This document shows, in pieces, positions 50,549 to 64,000 of a stretch of 64,000 bases of DNA (the stretch's first letter is position 1; each line of letters opens with the position of its first letter). The stretch covers positions 124,001 through 188,000 of the forward strand of contig NMRA01000705.1 in NCBI GenBank assembly GCA_002633005.1, given 5' to 3'. The DNA comes from Phoronis australis. Its lineage: Eukaryota > Animalia > Phoronida. The notes beneath the pieces are model-generated. The model ran no database searches. It was not told the DNA's origin and was given only the letters and a program-made list of their open reading frames with translations. The position numbers and the translations under genes are program-made.

Positions 50549-51614
50549 CAGTGGCGGATCTAGGATATCACAAGGGGGGGCAACATTTTGTCTTGCTGCA
50601 AGTATTTGCGTAAAGTGAACCACAATTGTAGATATGCATAGCATCGAATGGGGGGAGGTCGGAAATTTTTCTGTTTTTACCTCTAAAAATCAAGCATTTT
50701 CCTTGATTCCTGAAATGTTGTCCATGAAAAAAAGCAAAAAAAAAACAAAAAAACAGAACGTGTCAAACAGGAAAAACTGCAAGTTCTGAAGCTTCGAACT
50801 CACGACCTGGCGGTTAGAGCGCGCGTGCATTACCACTACACCACCCCGAAACGAACTACCAATCACGTACTAAGAGACCTACTCGTTTATTGTCCACAGC
50901 GTTTGCGCGCGAAACCTACTTCTTTTTGTAATGCTTAGTACACGTTTTATATTTTGTGCCATCAACTTTTAACAAATTTGTCGAATTTAAAATAGTCTTC
51001 AAATGCCCAAAAGACCAAATCCGTCTTTCGTGTTGGCAATAATGACGGGATTGCTTTAAGATAAGGTTTGACAAAGAGAGTATNNNNNNNNNNNNNNNNN
51101 NNNNNNNNNNNNNNNNNNNNNNNNNNNNNNNNNNNNNNNNNNNNNNNNNNNNNNNNNNNNNNNNNNNNNNNNNNNNNNNNNNNNNNNNNNNNNNNNNNNN
51201 NNNNNNNNNNNNNNNNNNNNNNNNNNNNNNNNNNNNNNNNNNNNNNNNNNNNNNNNNNNNNNNNNNNNNNNNNNNNNNNNNNNNNNNNNNNNNNNNNNNN
51301 NNNNNNNNNNNNNNNNNNNNNNNNNNNNNNNNNNNNNNNNNNNNNNNNNNNNNNNNNNNNNNNNNNNNNNNNNNNNNNNNNNNNNNNNNNNNNNNNNNNN
51401 NNNNNNNNNNNNNNNNNNNNNNNNNNNNNNCCCCACAACACTAAAACTGCTCACATTTAAATCTTTTTTCATCCGCATAATTTTAATTACCGGGGTTAAT
51501 TAATAAACTCAAAATTTCCCTACGCTCTTACTGTTTTATTTTTTCAAGTTTGCGGCAGCCAAGGGGGGGGGGCGGGCCCCCTGGCCCCCCTGGCCCCCCC
51601 TAAATCCGCCTATG
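50549..51614. mobile_element. hAT5-like element spanning an assembly gap
   Basis: CAGTGGCGGAT / ATCCGCCTATG; CCCTA duplicated (50544-48, 51615-19). Confidence 0.8.
51084..51430. other. Assembly gap
   Basis: Run of N. Confidence 1.
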
Positions 51615-54600
51615 CCCTAAAACACTAAAAAAAACAGCATGACTGAATCCAAATGACGATCCAGGTCACGGAGTGCATACTGAATGCTGTAAATTGAGTT
51701 CCTCTGCAGATGCCATAACCCGGTGGAGCTGAGCAGTGGTTCCCTTGATCGATTACACCCGTAGCATGGAGAAGGATTTTTCAATTACGTTGATTATTCA
51801 AGTAGCAAATGAAAAAAACAGTTGATTTCTCATTTGTTTGTAAATTTATTATTCCACGGTTTTGTTTATTTACAACACTGATACGCTGCGACCCGTGGAT
51901 AACCACGACGGAAGAAGGAGGGTGGATGAAGAAGAATGACAAACGAAGACTAAAATTAAGAATGTAATCTAATTTTGCTTGCGATTCATACTGAATTGGT
52001 AGGATAGAGCTCTATTCTAGAAAGTTTCACAAGTCTAATGGCAAATCATCCTACAATTGAAGTTTGCCCTTTATATATTTTAAAAAGGCCCTTTAACCCC
52101 GAGGTTTTACAAATCCAACAGAAAGAAAAGATAGTTAGTTCGAAACTAGTCCGAAGGTCTATTATACCTGAAACCTGTGACTTAGTCATCGACAGGAAGC
52201 AGCAAGATTGTAGAGGTAGTAAACAAATATTTGAAAATGTAAATAAATACAACATCTCAGTGCACATTGCCAAATATTGTTTGGACCCTTTCGACAGGCA
52301 CTCACGGTTCCAAAAAGTAGTTTATTCAAGCAGGCACGTGAATATAAATATCCGAACCTTCTTCTCCAAATCACTTTTCAAAATCTTGATACATGAAAGT
52401 TACAACTTTTAGCTTCAGACTGGTGTGGACATTCGAATTTATAGATATTTGGACTTTTAAGCTGTCAGAACAATGAATACCTTAAATTCATACCTTATGC
52501 TCACACTCTTTCTCACTCGTAGATTTCAATTCAGATCATACGATTTCATTGCCTCCAAGGGGTTGACTTCGTTTGAATTTTATTATAGGTTCTTGGGGAC
52601 TTCGCCAAATTTCTTCGAACCACTTGAGTGACTAGTATACCAATAGCATACGGGATTTGACGTCGCGAGCAATGACATGAAACCACAGGACCACTTACAC
52701 GAATGACACCATAGCCAAAAAGTATGGTGCCATTAAGCTGCAAACATCCTGGAAGTTACATGCTTCGACCGTATGTGCATTCTAGGATCCATCAATTCAC
52801 ACCTGGTTTCAGGGCACAATACATTATTTCTCAAAAACCGTAAAATTTAGTTAAGGACAAAAGCATATTAATGGTGAAACAATGTTACCAATAACAAGAT
52901 CGAATTTAATTTAATGAAAGTGTTCTCAGACCTCTGTTAAAGTTGTAAAATGTGCTCTTATCATTTTCGTTTTCTGAACGGTTTTTAAATCATTTCTGAG
53001 GTACAAACGTTAGAGAAATGTAGACGTTCTTTTCTAGGGTCTTACAGGCTCCGAACAACAAGGACCCTGGCCTTGCTACCACTGGCAGTGAACCAAAGAT
53101 GTTGCTGAACCATGAACACAAAATAAAATCGTAGTGGAAATGTAAAAACGTCTCGCAAGTTGCTTCTTATGTTAGGTCGTACGCCACGAGTTGCTGTCTT
53201 ACCCATTCATGAAAGACAACAGTGGTGTTTAACTTTTTAGTGTAGCTGACACTTGCAGTCACAGTTCTCTACCTATGACAATTGTGTTGTGTCCGGTCGC
53301 GTCTTTGTACAATATTTTAAGTTTGGGCTGTATTTTAGTTGTTATCTGGGTGTACTCAAGTATTAGTGTTTGGATCGTGATGACGCACATGTACTTCAAA
53401 TGGATAGATCTCTCCATCCATCAAATCTATTACCATTTGCTTGCACTACACGTTTATTAATTGTCTTGCTCGTGTACACGTATTCGCGTTGAATCTGAAG
53501 CTCTTTCTAATACCGACTAACAATTACACTAACCTACTGACACAAGCCCAAACATACACTGAAATACAGCATGAATAAATCCAAATAAAGGTCACACAAA
53601 TTTTGTTAATGCATGTTTTTGTCTATTGACTCGCCATACCCAAGCAACAGCGATAAGCTGCAACCCACGGATAAGCCAAACGGAAGAAGCATGGAAGAAG
53701 AAAATTCACAACTGAATACTAAAGCTAAGAAGGTAATCTAATGTTGCTTGCAAATCATAGTGCATTGGTATAAATAGGATTCCGAAGGTGTACAAGTTTG
53801 AAGGCAAATTATGCGACAAATGAAAACGTTTTTAAGAAGATCCAGTTGAAACTATTGCAGAGGTATGACAGCAGAGCAGCAAACTTTTACTGGCTGTATT
53901 CCAAAATTTGATAATTAAACTAAATGTAGCAGCTCAGTAAGCATTGACAAAATTTGTTTCGATCCTTTTGAGGAGCACTGGCTCTTCGAATCACTAGTTT
54001 CAAACGGCACATGTATAGAAACTAACTCTAAAATTTTGCTCGAAATCACTTTTCAGAACCTCTTGTAAGGAAAGATCGAACGTTTACCTTTGGAAATTAG
54101 AAGCTTTCGGACTATTGTGGATATTCAGATTTATGGATTTTTGGTCCAGCTAACCTTGAAACCGAGGAATACCGTGATTTCATACCTTCGGCCCAAACAC
54201 TTTCTCACTTGTAGATTTCAATTCAGGTCGTATTGCTTTATCACTTTCAAGGGCTTCATTTCCTTTTACGTTTCTGTAGATTTTTAGCGACTAGTCCCAG
54301 TGTCCAACAACCGGTCTTTGGCTGACTAATATACCATCCACGTGTGGGAAATGAAGTTGCCAGCAGTGAAAATATATTAAAAGTGTTGCAGGACCACTAT
54401 GACGAAAGACATCAGAGTCAAACGGTGTGGTGCAGTTCATCTGTAAACGTCCTGGGCGTATGTGCCATCAAAATTTGAACACTTGTTTGATTCGGAAAAA
54501 TGAAGTGAAAATTCTATTCACCACCCATTCAGACACCATCTTTATTCAATGTACACTGTTTCATACCTGGTTCCAGGGCACAATCTCTCAAAATCTGCAA

Positions 54601-57600
54601 AATTTAGCAAAAGAAAGAGGCACATTATTAGTAAAACAACGGTGTCAATAACAATATCAAATTTTATTTGATGAAAATGTTCCAGAAGTGGTATCAGAAA
54701 CACTGTTAATAATCTAAAACATTATCATTTCATTTTCGTTTTGTGAACGACGTTTAAATACCGGTAATAGTATTTGAATGTTTTACCTAAATCTGAACTT
54801 CTATTTCTGAGGAATGTACAAAATACTTCTTTTAGGGTCGAAGAGGACCTGAATAAGCAGGATCCACCATTGGCAACAAAACAAACATGTCGCTGAGCCA
54901 CCAACACCAAAAGACACCAGAGTCAGAAAGGTAACAAAATCCCGGATGTTGCCTCTTGCGTGAGGCCACATGCCGTGAGATGCTGTTTTACCCGATACAC
55001 GAAGCACGATAGGGGTAAGTAACTGTCGTTCTTGATAACACCTGTGTCTTCATCTGTTACCACTGTGTGGTGTCCATTTCGTTGTAATAGACTTCAAGTG
55101 TTTTTTTTATTTTTTTATTTCTATTCTCTCAGTTCAACATAAGCAAGGACAAAGGTCTGGGCTTCCCATGCCTTACTTTACAATTCAGTGAAATTAAAGT
55201 TTACTAGTTAAATGTATACTTGAACCGGATTTTAGAAATACATTTAAAGAAAAAAAACATACAAGACAGTGTAGTAGTATATGGCTCAGAAAAGGTGAGA
55301 TAGTATTTTGGAATGATAAAATATCCTAACATTGCTTTTAAATTGTGCATTTGTAACCACCTGTCTGTAAATTTTTCCATTTGTAAATTTTTTGAATAAA
55401 TATATTTTTCACAGTAGTAATAAGTGTTAATTTCTTTTGTTAATATTATTATATTTGGAGGTTTAACATTGAGAAGTTGCTTATATAAATGGAGCTTGCA
55501 CAGACACAAGATTAAATTTTGAATTGGCTGCCTTCTACATCTGTTTCCAAAGAAAACTGTGAGTACATTTGTACCCAGGGAGATATTGGTTTTTTCTAAC
55601 CCAATCTTCAACATTGTTCCAAAAATTTTGAACAGCATCAAATTGCCAGTATAAGTGAAGGAAAGTCTCTTACAAAACGTACACAAGGGGCAGTTACTGA
55701 CCCCAATTTTGACAAGATATGAGGTACAGCTGATTATCCCATGTGACAGTCTAAATTGAATCCAACGAAGTTTTACATCAAGTGTAAAGTTCACAAAGCA
55801 GGCATTTTTTCTACCATTCAGTACTGTCTGGTACAGCAAGTTCTGCCTGCCATCTCATCTCAGACCTAGGCCTAGAATATTTGTTTAGCACAAAAGTGTT
55901 GTATATATGTTTTGTGCCCTTTTTGTCTGCAAGTAATAATTTCACAAAAAATGGGATAGAGGGTGCATAGAAGGAAAACTTTCTCTTTTTGAGATTTTCA
56001 ATTTTTGACAAACAGCCTCTTTGAGCCCATAAAACTTCATAAACAGTGGTCTAAAATTGAACTTTTTGCAAAAATCTTCAAAAGATAACAAATATCCATG
56101 CTCGTCTAGTAGGTCTGAGATATAATAAACACTCTTTTCAAACCATCTTCTCCAAAAAACAGATTCTCCACCAAGCAATATATTAGTGTTATACCAAATT
56201 GGCTGATATGGTATTTCTTCCTGATCTAGTATGTTAGAAAATTCATACAGAAAGTTAAATAGTTGCTTCCAAAAAGGTTCTCAGTTTGAGAAACGGCATA
56301 TTTGTAGAAATAGTTCCCAAATTTTAGACACTGAAATGATATCAAATCAGTGTTTAAGAGGAGACTTAACCATGCTGTAGAGTTTGTGGCTTTTAAGATC
56401 ATACCCATCCAAGTTATCTTAATTGCCTTTATAAAAAGTAAACATCTATCATTTTACAACCACCAGATTCATAATGTTGAATCATGGTTTTGCGACTAAT
56501 TCTGTCACACTTTCCTCCCCAAATATAATTAAAAAACAGTTTTTCAAAATTTTTACAGAACAGATTGTTGAGGATTGGAAAACATGACAAAACATGGATC
56601 AGTTTTGGGAGAAGAAATGATTTGACCACACTAACTTTACCAAGAGTACTTAAGTTTCTTTTTGACCATCTTATAATTTCCTTTTTAATATCAACTAACT
56701 TGTGATCAAAATTTAAATTACTCATTTCCTGGATGTCAGTAGAAAAAGACAATCCCGAGCATAGTAAAATGTGAGCTAGACCATTTTAAGTCCTTTTCAG
56801 AACAAAACCTTGAATTGCTGTGCCTCACAGAACCTATCCACACACAAGTTATTTTTTCTAAATTTGGAGTTAGACCTGAACACTTCGAGAACTGGTCACA
56901 AGTAGATCAAGAGAGTTTCTTAACAATCTTTCGGAAGCATCAAGGATGATAACAGTGTCATCTGCATATTGGACTCTTGAGATCAAATCTGGATACCTTT
57001 TATATTTTTGTTTTTCCAAAAGAGATTTCCCATAATCTCAGCACATAGTAGGAAAAGATAGGGAGATAAAGGGTCTCCTTGTTTGCACCCTCTACCCATT
57101 TCAAAAATTGAGAAATTTTCTATGTTGAATTACACAAACCATAGCTCCTTCATTAGGCAACGATACCCACTTTTTGATCTTTGGGCCAAAATTAAAAAAG
57201 ACAGGGTTTTTTTTGTAGAAATGCCCAGGAACGCCTTCTCAAAATCAACCAGGACCAGTTATCCAGGGATATTCAATTGTCCAGCTGAACAGATAAAATC
57301 ATAAATTAATCGAATATTTTCTTCAATGAATCTACCAGCAATAAAACCTTTCTGGTTTTCGTGGATCAAGCAATTTAAAACAGACTTAACACGTTCAGCA
57401 ATACAGGCTGAAATTAATTTATAATTTATATTCAGCAATGGAATTGGCCTCCAATTTTGTAGTAGTTCCCTAGGTTTGTTAGCTTTTGGAGTAATTTGGA
57501 TCACACCTCATTTTACAGCGGATGGAAGGGAATTCTGTAAAAACATACAATAGCGGAGTTGCAACGCCGCCATATTGGAAATGGGTCAGAATGTTGCATT

Positions 57601-57659
57601 GTGGTTAAGCCGGTAAACAAGTACGTCGGCAAGCGTGGGGGCGAACCGGCCACAGGGAG

Positions 57660-57923
57660 GTTATACGTGTTGTGTGCCTGGCATACTATAATACCAGTTA
57701 GCGAAATAAAAAATTTAGTTACTACCTGTTTCCCAAGGATCAAGAACTGCGTTAAACATGGGTCAGAGACATCGGTAGAGCTGGTAGCAAAGGCCGACTT
57801 CGTGAATTCTTTCCGACTTCGTAGCATAAAGTGTGCAGTGCTCATTTTGAGGGCGGCAAGAAAACGTATCTTAGAAACTGCCCAACAATATCTCCCTTCA
57901 AAGAAACAGTAACAAATACTCCA
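57660..57923 (+). pseudogene. THAP domain pseudogene
   Basis: YTCCVPG (frameshift) YNTS*RNKKFSYYLFPKDQELR*TW..HKVCSAHFEGGKKTYLRNCPTI. Confidence 0.8.
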
Positions 57924-58273
57924 NNNNNNNNNNNNNNNNNNNNNNNNNNNNNNNNNNNNNNNNNNNNNNNNNNNNNNNNNNNNNNNNNNNNNNNNNNNNN
58001 NNNNNNNNNNNNNNNNNNNNNNNNNNNNNNNNNNNNNNNNNNNNNNNNNNNNNNNNNNNNNNNNNNNNNNNNNNNNNNNNNNNNNNNNNNNNNNNNNNNN
58101 NNNNNNNNNNNNNNNNNNNNNNNNNNNNNNNNNNNNNNNNNNNNNNNNNNNNNNNNNNNNNNNNNNNNNNNNNNNNNNNNNNNNNNNNNNNNNNNNNNNN
58201 NNNNNNNNNNNNNNNNNNNNNNNNNNNNNNNNNNNNNNNNNNNNNNNNNNNNNNNNNNNNNNNNNNNNNNNNN
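57924..58273. other. Assembly gap
   Basis: Run of N. Confidence 1.
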
Positions 58274-61200
58274 TTTTTTATTAGTCTTCGATTCACGGTT
58301 TTCACATGCACAAAGAAGTTTGAGGCCGGAGAAGATCTGTACTGGAAAGAAACAATGCAATCCCGCTCTTTGACAAGTACGCTGTGTCTGTTTTCAAAGT
58401 CCAGACCCGCGTAGTGGGGCACATCCCTCGCAAGAGCAGCAAAACTTCTGCGTTCTTTTTGAATCGCGGCGTAAGTTTGAAGTGTATACGGACATAACGG
58501 TGAGGCTCGTGGTCCGTTACAGCAGGCTGTCGGATCTTTCAATTGATACATTGGAGACGTTAGAACTGTAGGTAAGGGCATTTTTCGCATGTAGTTCATG
58601 GGCTGGGCGCTTACTTTAGCAAAGTCTGAAAACGCGTTGGGGCACTTATTGAGCCATGGGCGCTAATTAGGGCGAATAGCGGCAGAATTACATACAGCAG
58701 CATAGTTCAATGCACACAAATTACACGTCGTGCAAACCAGTCGGTCATCCCGTTTACCATCAACAATCCCAGTAGCCTTTGCGCACCCTAATTTCCGGAC
58801 ATGCGCAATCGTTAAATCGATTCGGTTGCAACTCCGCTATTAAAAGCTGCAACTAAATCATCTCCCAAATCAGACCAGAAAATTTTGTAAAATTCAACTG
58901 TAAAACCATCGGGAGCTGGGGTCTTATTATTTTTCATCTTTTTCATCATAAGTAATTATATTTCCTTCCAATGAATCTCTTATACTATTTTCCAATTTTG
59001 GTGAATCAGTGTTTTCTAAGATTGCATCTAAATCATATTGGAAAAAGTGGTCATCCTTCGAGGCATAAAGATTGGAGTAAATTTTTTATTTCTTCCAGAA
59101 TTCCCTTTTGATTACAGATCAATGTACCAATGAGTTATTTTTATTAACAAAATTACTGTTTTGTAAATTACTAAAATATCTTGTTGGGTTTTCACCATTT
59201 TCTATCCACTGAGCACGAGATCTCAATATTAAACCGTCGATGTATTCCTTTCTCATTTCTTCGTACTGGGCCTGAAGAATTTCTAGCCAAACACCAAAAA
59301 ATTGAGAATCGGTATTCTGAACGAACTGGTGGACAGTATTTATCTTTCTAAATGCAGTTTTCTGTTTTTCTTTTTATATTTTTGAAAGCACTATATGACA
59401 GAGTGAAAGACCTAATGCTTAGTAGGAACAGTAAAGCTTCATCAATGTCAGAAGCACATAAACTTTTGGTGTCTCGATAATTTTTACATGCTCCACATAC
59501 TTTTTATCCCGGAGTAGAGAATTATTAAATTTCCATAAGCCTCTGCCACGTTCAAAAGAGTGCAATTTTATCTCCAACCGAATGGCTGAATGGTCAGTTC
59601 TGTAGCCTGGGTTTATTTCTACCGTGTTTAACAAAGATAATAACTCGTCGGAAATAGACTTCTCCAAGTGTTGGTTGCATTTTAGTTGTACCTTTGGTTC
59701 TTCTCATGTATTAATGCTTGGGCCGTGATGACACACATTTGCTCTAATGGATAGATCTGCCCAGTTATCAATTGTATTAACCATTCGCTTGGACTAGACG
59801 TTTGTTACTTTTCTTGCTTGTGCATTCGCGTTGACGCGAATTAATCCAAAGGAGGTTCAAGGTCACAAAATGCATGCTGAATGGTGTTAAATGTATTTGA
59901 ATTCCTCTGGAGATGCCACAACCAGATGGAGCTGTACAATGGTTCCCGTGATCGATTTCTGTCTGCGTAAAGACAGGGATTTTTCAATAGATCTCCTAGT
60001 GGCAAATTGAAAACAGTTGATTTGTCGATTGTTTGAAAAGTTTTTTAATACAGGTCTTTGTCTATTTACGCGGCATAACTGTACGTCAACGATACGCTGT
60101 GAGCCTCGGATAACCAAAGCGGATGACGAAGAATTTAAGACGAATATTATGTAGGTGAACTAACTTTGTTTCCGTTTAATATCGCATTAATATATTTTGG
60201 ATGCATTCCGGCACTCTGAAGATTCTGAAGTCCTGACGTCCATGATACGGAAAAAGAAAATGTTTTAAAAAGATCCTATTTGGCCAAATGTTCACAACTC
60301 GACAGAAACGAAAACTAGTTAGATCGAAACTGGTTTCAAGATTTATGATACCAGAAACCTCAACAACAGCGGAACAGCAAAACTTTAGTGGCGGTAACCA
60401 CTTTGTTTGGCTCCTTTCCAGAGGCACAGGCTCTTCGAAGAACTAGTGTCAAATAGGAATGTGCTTCCAAACTCTCGAATTTTTTTCTCGAAATCGCCGG
60501 TCGGAACCTCGTGTCATGAAAGTTGGAATTTTTAGCTTTCGAACTAATGGGGTTTAGGACTTGTGTTGATCTTCGGATTTGTAGACTTGAAAACCGTGAA
60601 TTTATACCTTTGGCCACACCCTTTCTCGTTTCTAGTTTTCAGTTGAGTTCATGTAGGTTTTATCACTTCTGAAGCGTTGATTTCATTTTAACATTGTACA
60701 TTTTTAGCGACTTGGCCTTTCGTCGATCCACTGGATTTTGGCTGACTAGTATGCCATTAACATGCATAATCTGACGTTGAGAACACTGACATGGTACGAA
60801 AAGTGCTGCAGTACCACTTTCACTAATGACACCAGAGACAAAAGGTATGGTGCTGCTAAGCTGTAAATCTCCTGGAAGTTACTTGTTTCGACTGCATGCG
60901 AGTTTGTGAAACATCTACTCGTCAGTCATTCAGACATCTCTTTTCATTTACACTCTTTCACACCTGGTTCACATTCTCTCAAAAACCGAAGTATTTAGTA
61001 AAAGACAAAGCTCATTGATAGTAAAATAGCTGTCACAATAAACAAGATGGAATTTACTTAAATCGAAATTTTTCAGAAGTGATCTAGGAAATACTCTTAA
61101 CGTTCTAAAATATGATCAATTCATTTTCGTTTTGTGAACTGTGTTGGTATTTCAACGTTTTACATAAATGTAAACAGCTATTTCTGAGATAAAATTAAAT

Positions 61201-63613
61201 CTTCAAACTGAGATAGAAATTAGAGACGTTTTTAGGATCATACAGGACCTGAACAAACAGCACCCTGACTTCGCTACCACTGGAAGAGAACCTAAGATGT
61301 TGCCGATCACCGACAAAAAATAACACCGGAGACGGAAAGGTGAAAAAGACCCGTAAGTTGCACTTCCGTGAGGGCGCACGCTGTGAGATGCTGTCTTTCC
61401 AGATACATGAAGGACGATAGATGTGATAAACTTTTATTACTGATAACATTTGGGTCTTGCACACACTTGCATTTACAGCTCTCCACCCGTGACAACTGTG
61501 TGGTGTTCAGATTATTGTAATAGTTCTTAAGAGTTGACTGTAGTTTTGTTGTACTCTGGGTTGTACTCAAGTATTAGTGTTTGGGTCGTGACGACGCACA
61601 TGTACTTCAAATGACTAGATCTCTACATCCATCAAATCTATTACTGTTCGCTTACACTAGACATTTGTTACAGGTTTTAGTGGTACAATTGTGCTGACGC
61701 TAACTCTCTTTCTACTCCCGACTAACAATTGCATTCACACACTAATACAAGCCCTAACATACTAAAACAACGGCATGACTGAACCCAAATTACGTTCAAG
61801 GCCACAAAATGCATGCTGAGTGGTGTTAATTGAATTATTTTGCAGATTTCACAAGTAGAACCAGTATTGAATACAATTGATTTGTCGACTGTTTGTAAAT
61901 TATATTAATACACGTTTCTATCTATTTACACGCAATACGCATACCCACGATACGTTGCGACCTACGGATAACCAAAACGGAAGAAGTAAAGTAACGTTGC
62001 TTACGTATCATATAGCATTAGTGTACATAGGACACAGCTTGATACTATGAAGTTTCTCAAGTGTTATAACGCCTATAATACAACAAATTAGAAATTTTTG
62101 AAAAGGTCCTGTCAAGCCAAAGGTTCATAAATCCGACTGAAAGAAATGCTAGTTAGTTCGACAATCTATGAGGCCAGAAATTAGTGATTCAAAGTCATTG
62201 ACAGGGGAGCAGCACACTTTTAGGAAACTAAAAATGTAAATAAAAGCATTAGCTCACTGACCATTGCCAAACTTTTTGAATCCTTTCCAGAGGCTTTGGC
62301 TCTTCCATGAAGTAGTTTCAAACAGGCACGTGCATAAAATTTTCTGAATATTTGCTTGAAATCACTATTCAGAACCTTGTGTCATAAAAATGCATTTAGC
62401 TTTCAAACTAATGGACTTTCGGACTTGTGTGGACCTTCAGTGTAATTGATTTTTTGAACTTGAAAATCTTCGGACCCATCTATACCGTGATTCTATACCT
62501 TCTACCTGACCTCTTTCTCACTTTTAGTTTTCAATTCAGATCATGTGGGTTCATCGTTTCCAGGAAGTTGGCTTTGTTTGATCCTTATTTTAGGGATTTT
62601 GGGTGATTAGTATATCATTAACCTGCTGAAACTGACGTTGAGAGCAGTGACAGTGAACCAAATCTGCCGCACGCCCTCCGACACGAATAACACTAGAGCC
62701 AAAAGGTATGGGGCCCTTCAGTTGTAAACATCATGGACGTTATATTTTTCGATTGCATATGTGTTTTATGAGCCATAGAAATTTTATTGAACAGTTTTTG
62801 ATTTGGAAAAGCAAAGTAAAAAATCTACTTGCCAGTCATTCACGCATCTGTCTTTCTTCGTGTACACTTTTTCACGCCCGGTGTCAGAGCACAGTCTCTC
62901 AAAAATCGTAACATTTAGCAAAAGAAAGGCGCATTAATAGTAAAACAACGGTACAAATAAAAAGTTCGAATTTAATTTGATGAAAACCTTCCAGCAGTGA
63001 TCTCAGGAACACTGTTAATGTTCTATAATATGACCACTTCATTTTCGTTTTTTGAACGTGTATTATTTATTGTATTTGAAAACGTAACATAAGTCTGAAC
63101 AGCTATTTCTGAGATATAAACCTTCAATCTTGGAGAAATATAGATTTTCTTTATCTTGTCATAAAGGACCTGAACAAGCTGGCAGTGAACCTAAATTGTA
63201 GCCAAACCTACAACACAAAATAACACCTATCTACTTGCCAGTCATTCAGATATTCAACTTCATTCATGCACTCGATTTCACACCTGGTTACAGGGCACCG
63301 TCTCAAAAACTGCGGGGCGGAAGTCTGGTAATTGTGAAATTGGGAGGTCTCAATCAGTTCGGATGATTTTTGTTATATTCCTTCCGGGAGTTTAATTTTT
63401 ATTAAGTGTTAATTGGTTTATTTTATTTCAGCGACTTTTTCATTTGTCAAACAACTGGACTTTGATTGACTTGTATATCATTATTATGCGGGACCACGGC
63501 GTCACAACAGGTAAAATTCCATCAAATTTCCTGACGTACCACTAACACGATTGACAATAGAAACTAAAGGTTGCATGATTGCATGATGTCATTTTAATAA
63601 CTAGAGGTTAAAG

Positions 63614-63681
63614 TTTTTTTTATACATTTATTGGCAATGAGAAAAACATTACAATACCACAAAAAGACAAAGAACACCACA

Positions 63682-63734
<53 letters not shown>

Positions 63735-64000
63735 CACACACCACACACCACACACCACAGCCCACAGCCCATCTTCTTGACTACTAAGAAAAACCATTTC
63801 AAAGTTACACCATCTTTTTTGTATAAATTCTAAATTCAGATCCTTACGAGTATTATACTTTTCACTCATATAATATAATAATCTTTGATGAAGTTAAAAA
63901 ATCTACTTAGAAGTAATCTTTTTGATCCGAAAATTTGGGTGTAAATAAACTGTTTACCCAATAATAAAACAATTTTTTTAAAATTTTCTTTTTTATCCAA
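63614..64000 (-). mobile_element. 3' end of another Tx1/L1-like LINE
   Basis: EKYNTRKDLNLEFIQKRW resembles EKYIYSKNLQMEKFTDRW at 55360-55410; AATAAA and A-run on the minus strand. Confidence 0.55.
63676..63760. repeat. (CA)n microsatellite
   Basis: About 23 perfect CA units plus degenerate flanks. Confidence 0.95.

Larger units (their letters stand above)
57552..58838 (+). mobile_element. ISL2EU-like (PIF/Harbinger-related) DNA transposon with THAP pseudogene, inserted in the LINE
   Basis: 14-bp TIR AGCGGAGTTGCAAC, AT on both sides; removal restores the LINE frame AAFN|CMFLQ. Confidence 0.8.
55101..59652 (-). mobile_element. 5'-truncated, decayed Tx1/L1-clade LINE (APE end, RT, C-terminal domain, A-rich tail)
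   Basis: PGYRTDHS, GLWKFNNSLL, PAPDGFTVEFYK, NWRPI.LLN..YK, QGDPLSPYLF, QYADD, CPLCTFC; probable TSD AATAGACTTC(TC)CAAGTGTT-like at 55086-102 and 59653-72. Confidence 0.9.
45600..63470. repeat. Diverged tandem array of a ~1.8-1.9-kb unit (about 6 units, interrupted by transposons)
   Basis: Anchor GACGCACAT..ATGGATA at about 45859/46043, 50399, 53400, 59747, 61611; GGATAACCA..CGGAAGAA at about 47091, 51897, 53669, 60108, 61967; GGGCACAGTCTCTCAAAAA-like at about 48279, 49799, 52812, 54576, 62887, 63293. Confidence 0.9.

Noticed and set aside
50962-51478. Long ORFs in the track
   Set aside because: They are open only because they span the N-gap.
52038-52412. Array-unit ORFs as an intact gene family
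   Set aside because: Homologous positions in other units have stops and frameshifts; no full ORF survives.
63594-63869. Cys/Val-rich ORFs
   Set aside because: Translation of a (TG)n microsatellite in a LINE tail.

Overview
Animal (invertebrate, probably lophotrochozoan; inferred from gene structure and transposon types) genomic DNA with spliceosomal introns and two N-gaps. Left half: RFWD3 (minus strand, 10 coding exons traced, runs off the left edge) lies head-to-head with HINFP (plus strand, 10 coding exons, about 638 aa). An SDR9C-type dehydrogenase gene (minus strand, 7 exons, about 346 aa) is interleaved with HINFP introns 4-5. Right half (36-64 kb) has no intact host gene. It holds decayed LINEs (Hero, RTE-X, Tx1-like), hAT-like MITEs with 5/6/8-bp TSDs, a THAP-bearing ISL2EU-like element and a diverged tandem array with a unit of about 1.8-1.9 kb. 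Most notable: at least six intronic 'echoes' of adjacent exon edges, some diverged mainly at synonymous sites; three SUMO-interacting motifs in front of the RFWD3 RING; a Kolobok-type mini-element keeping a THAP ORF; and the unexplained 1.9-kb array. All calls are by eye; no searches were run.
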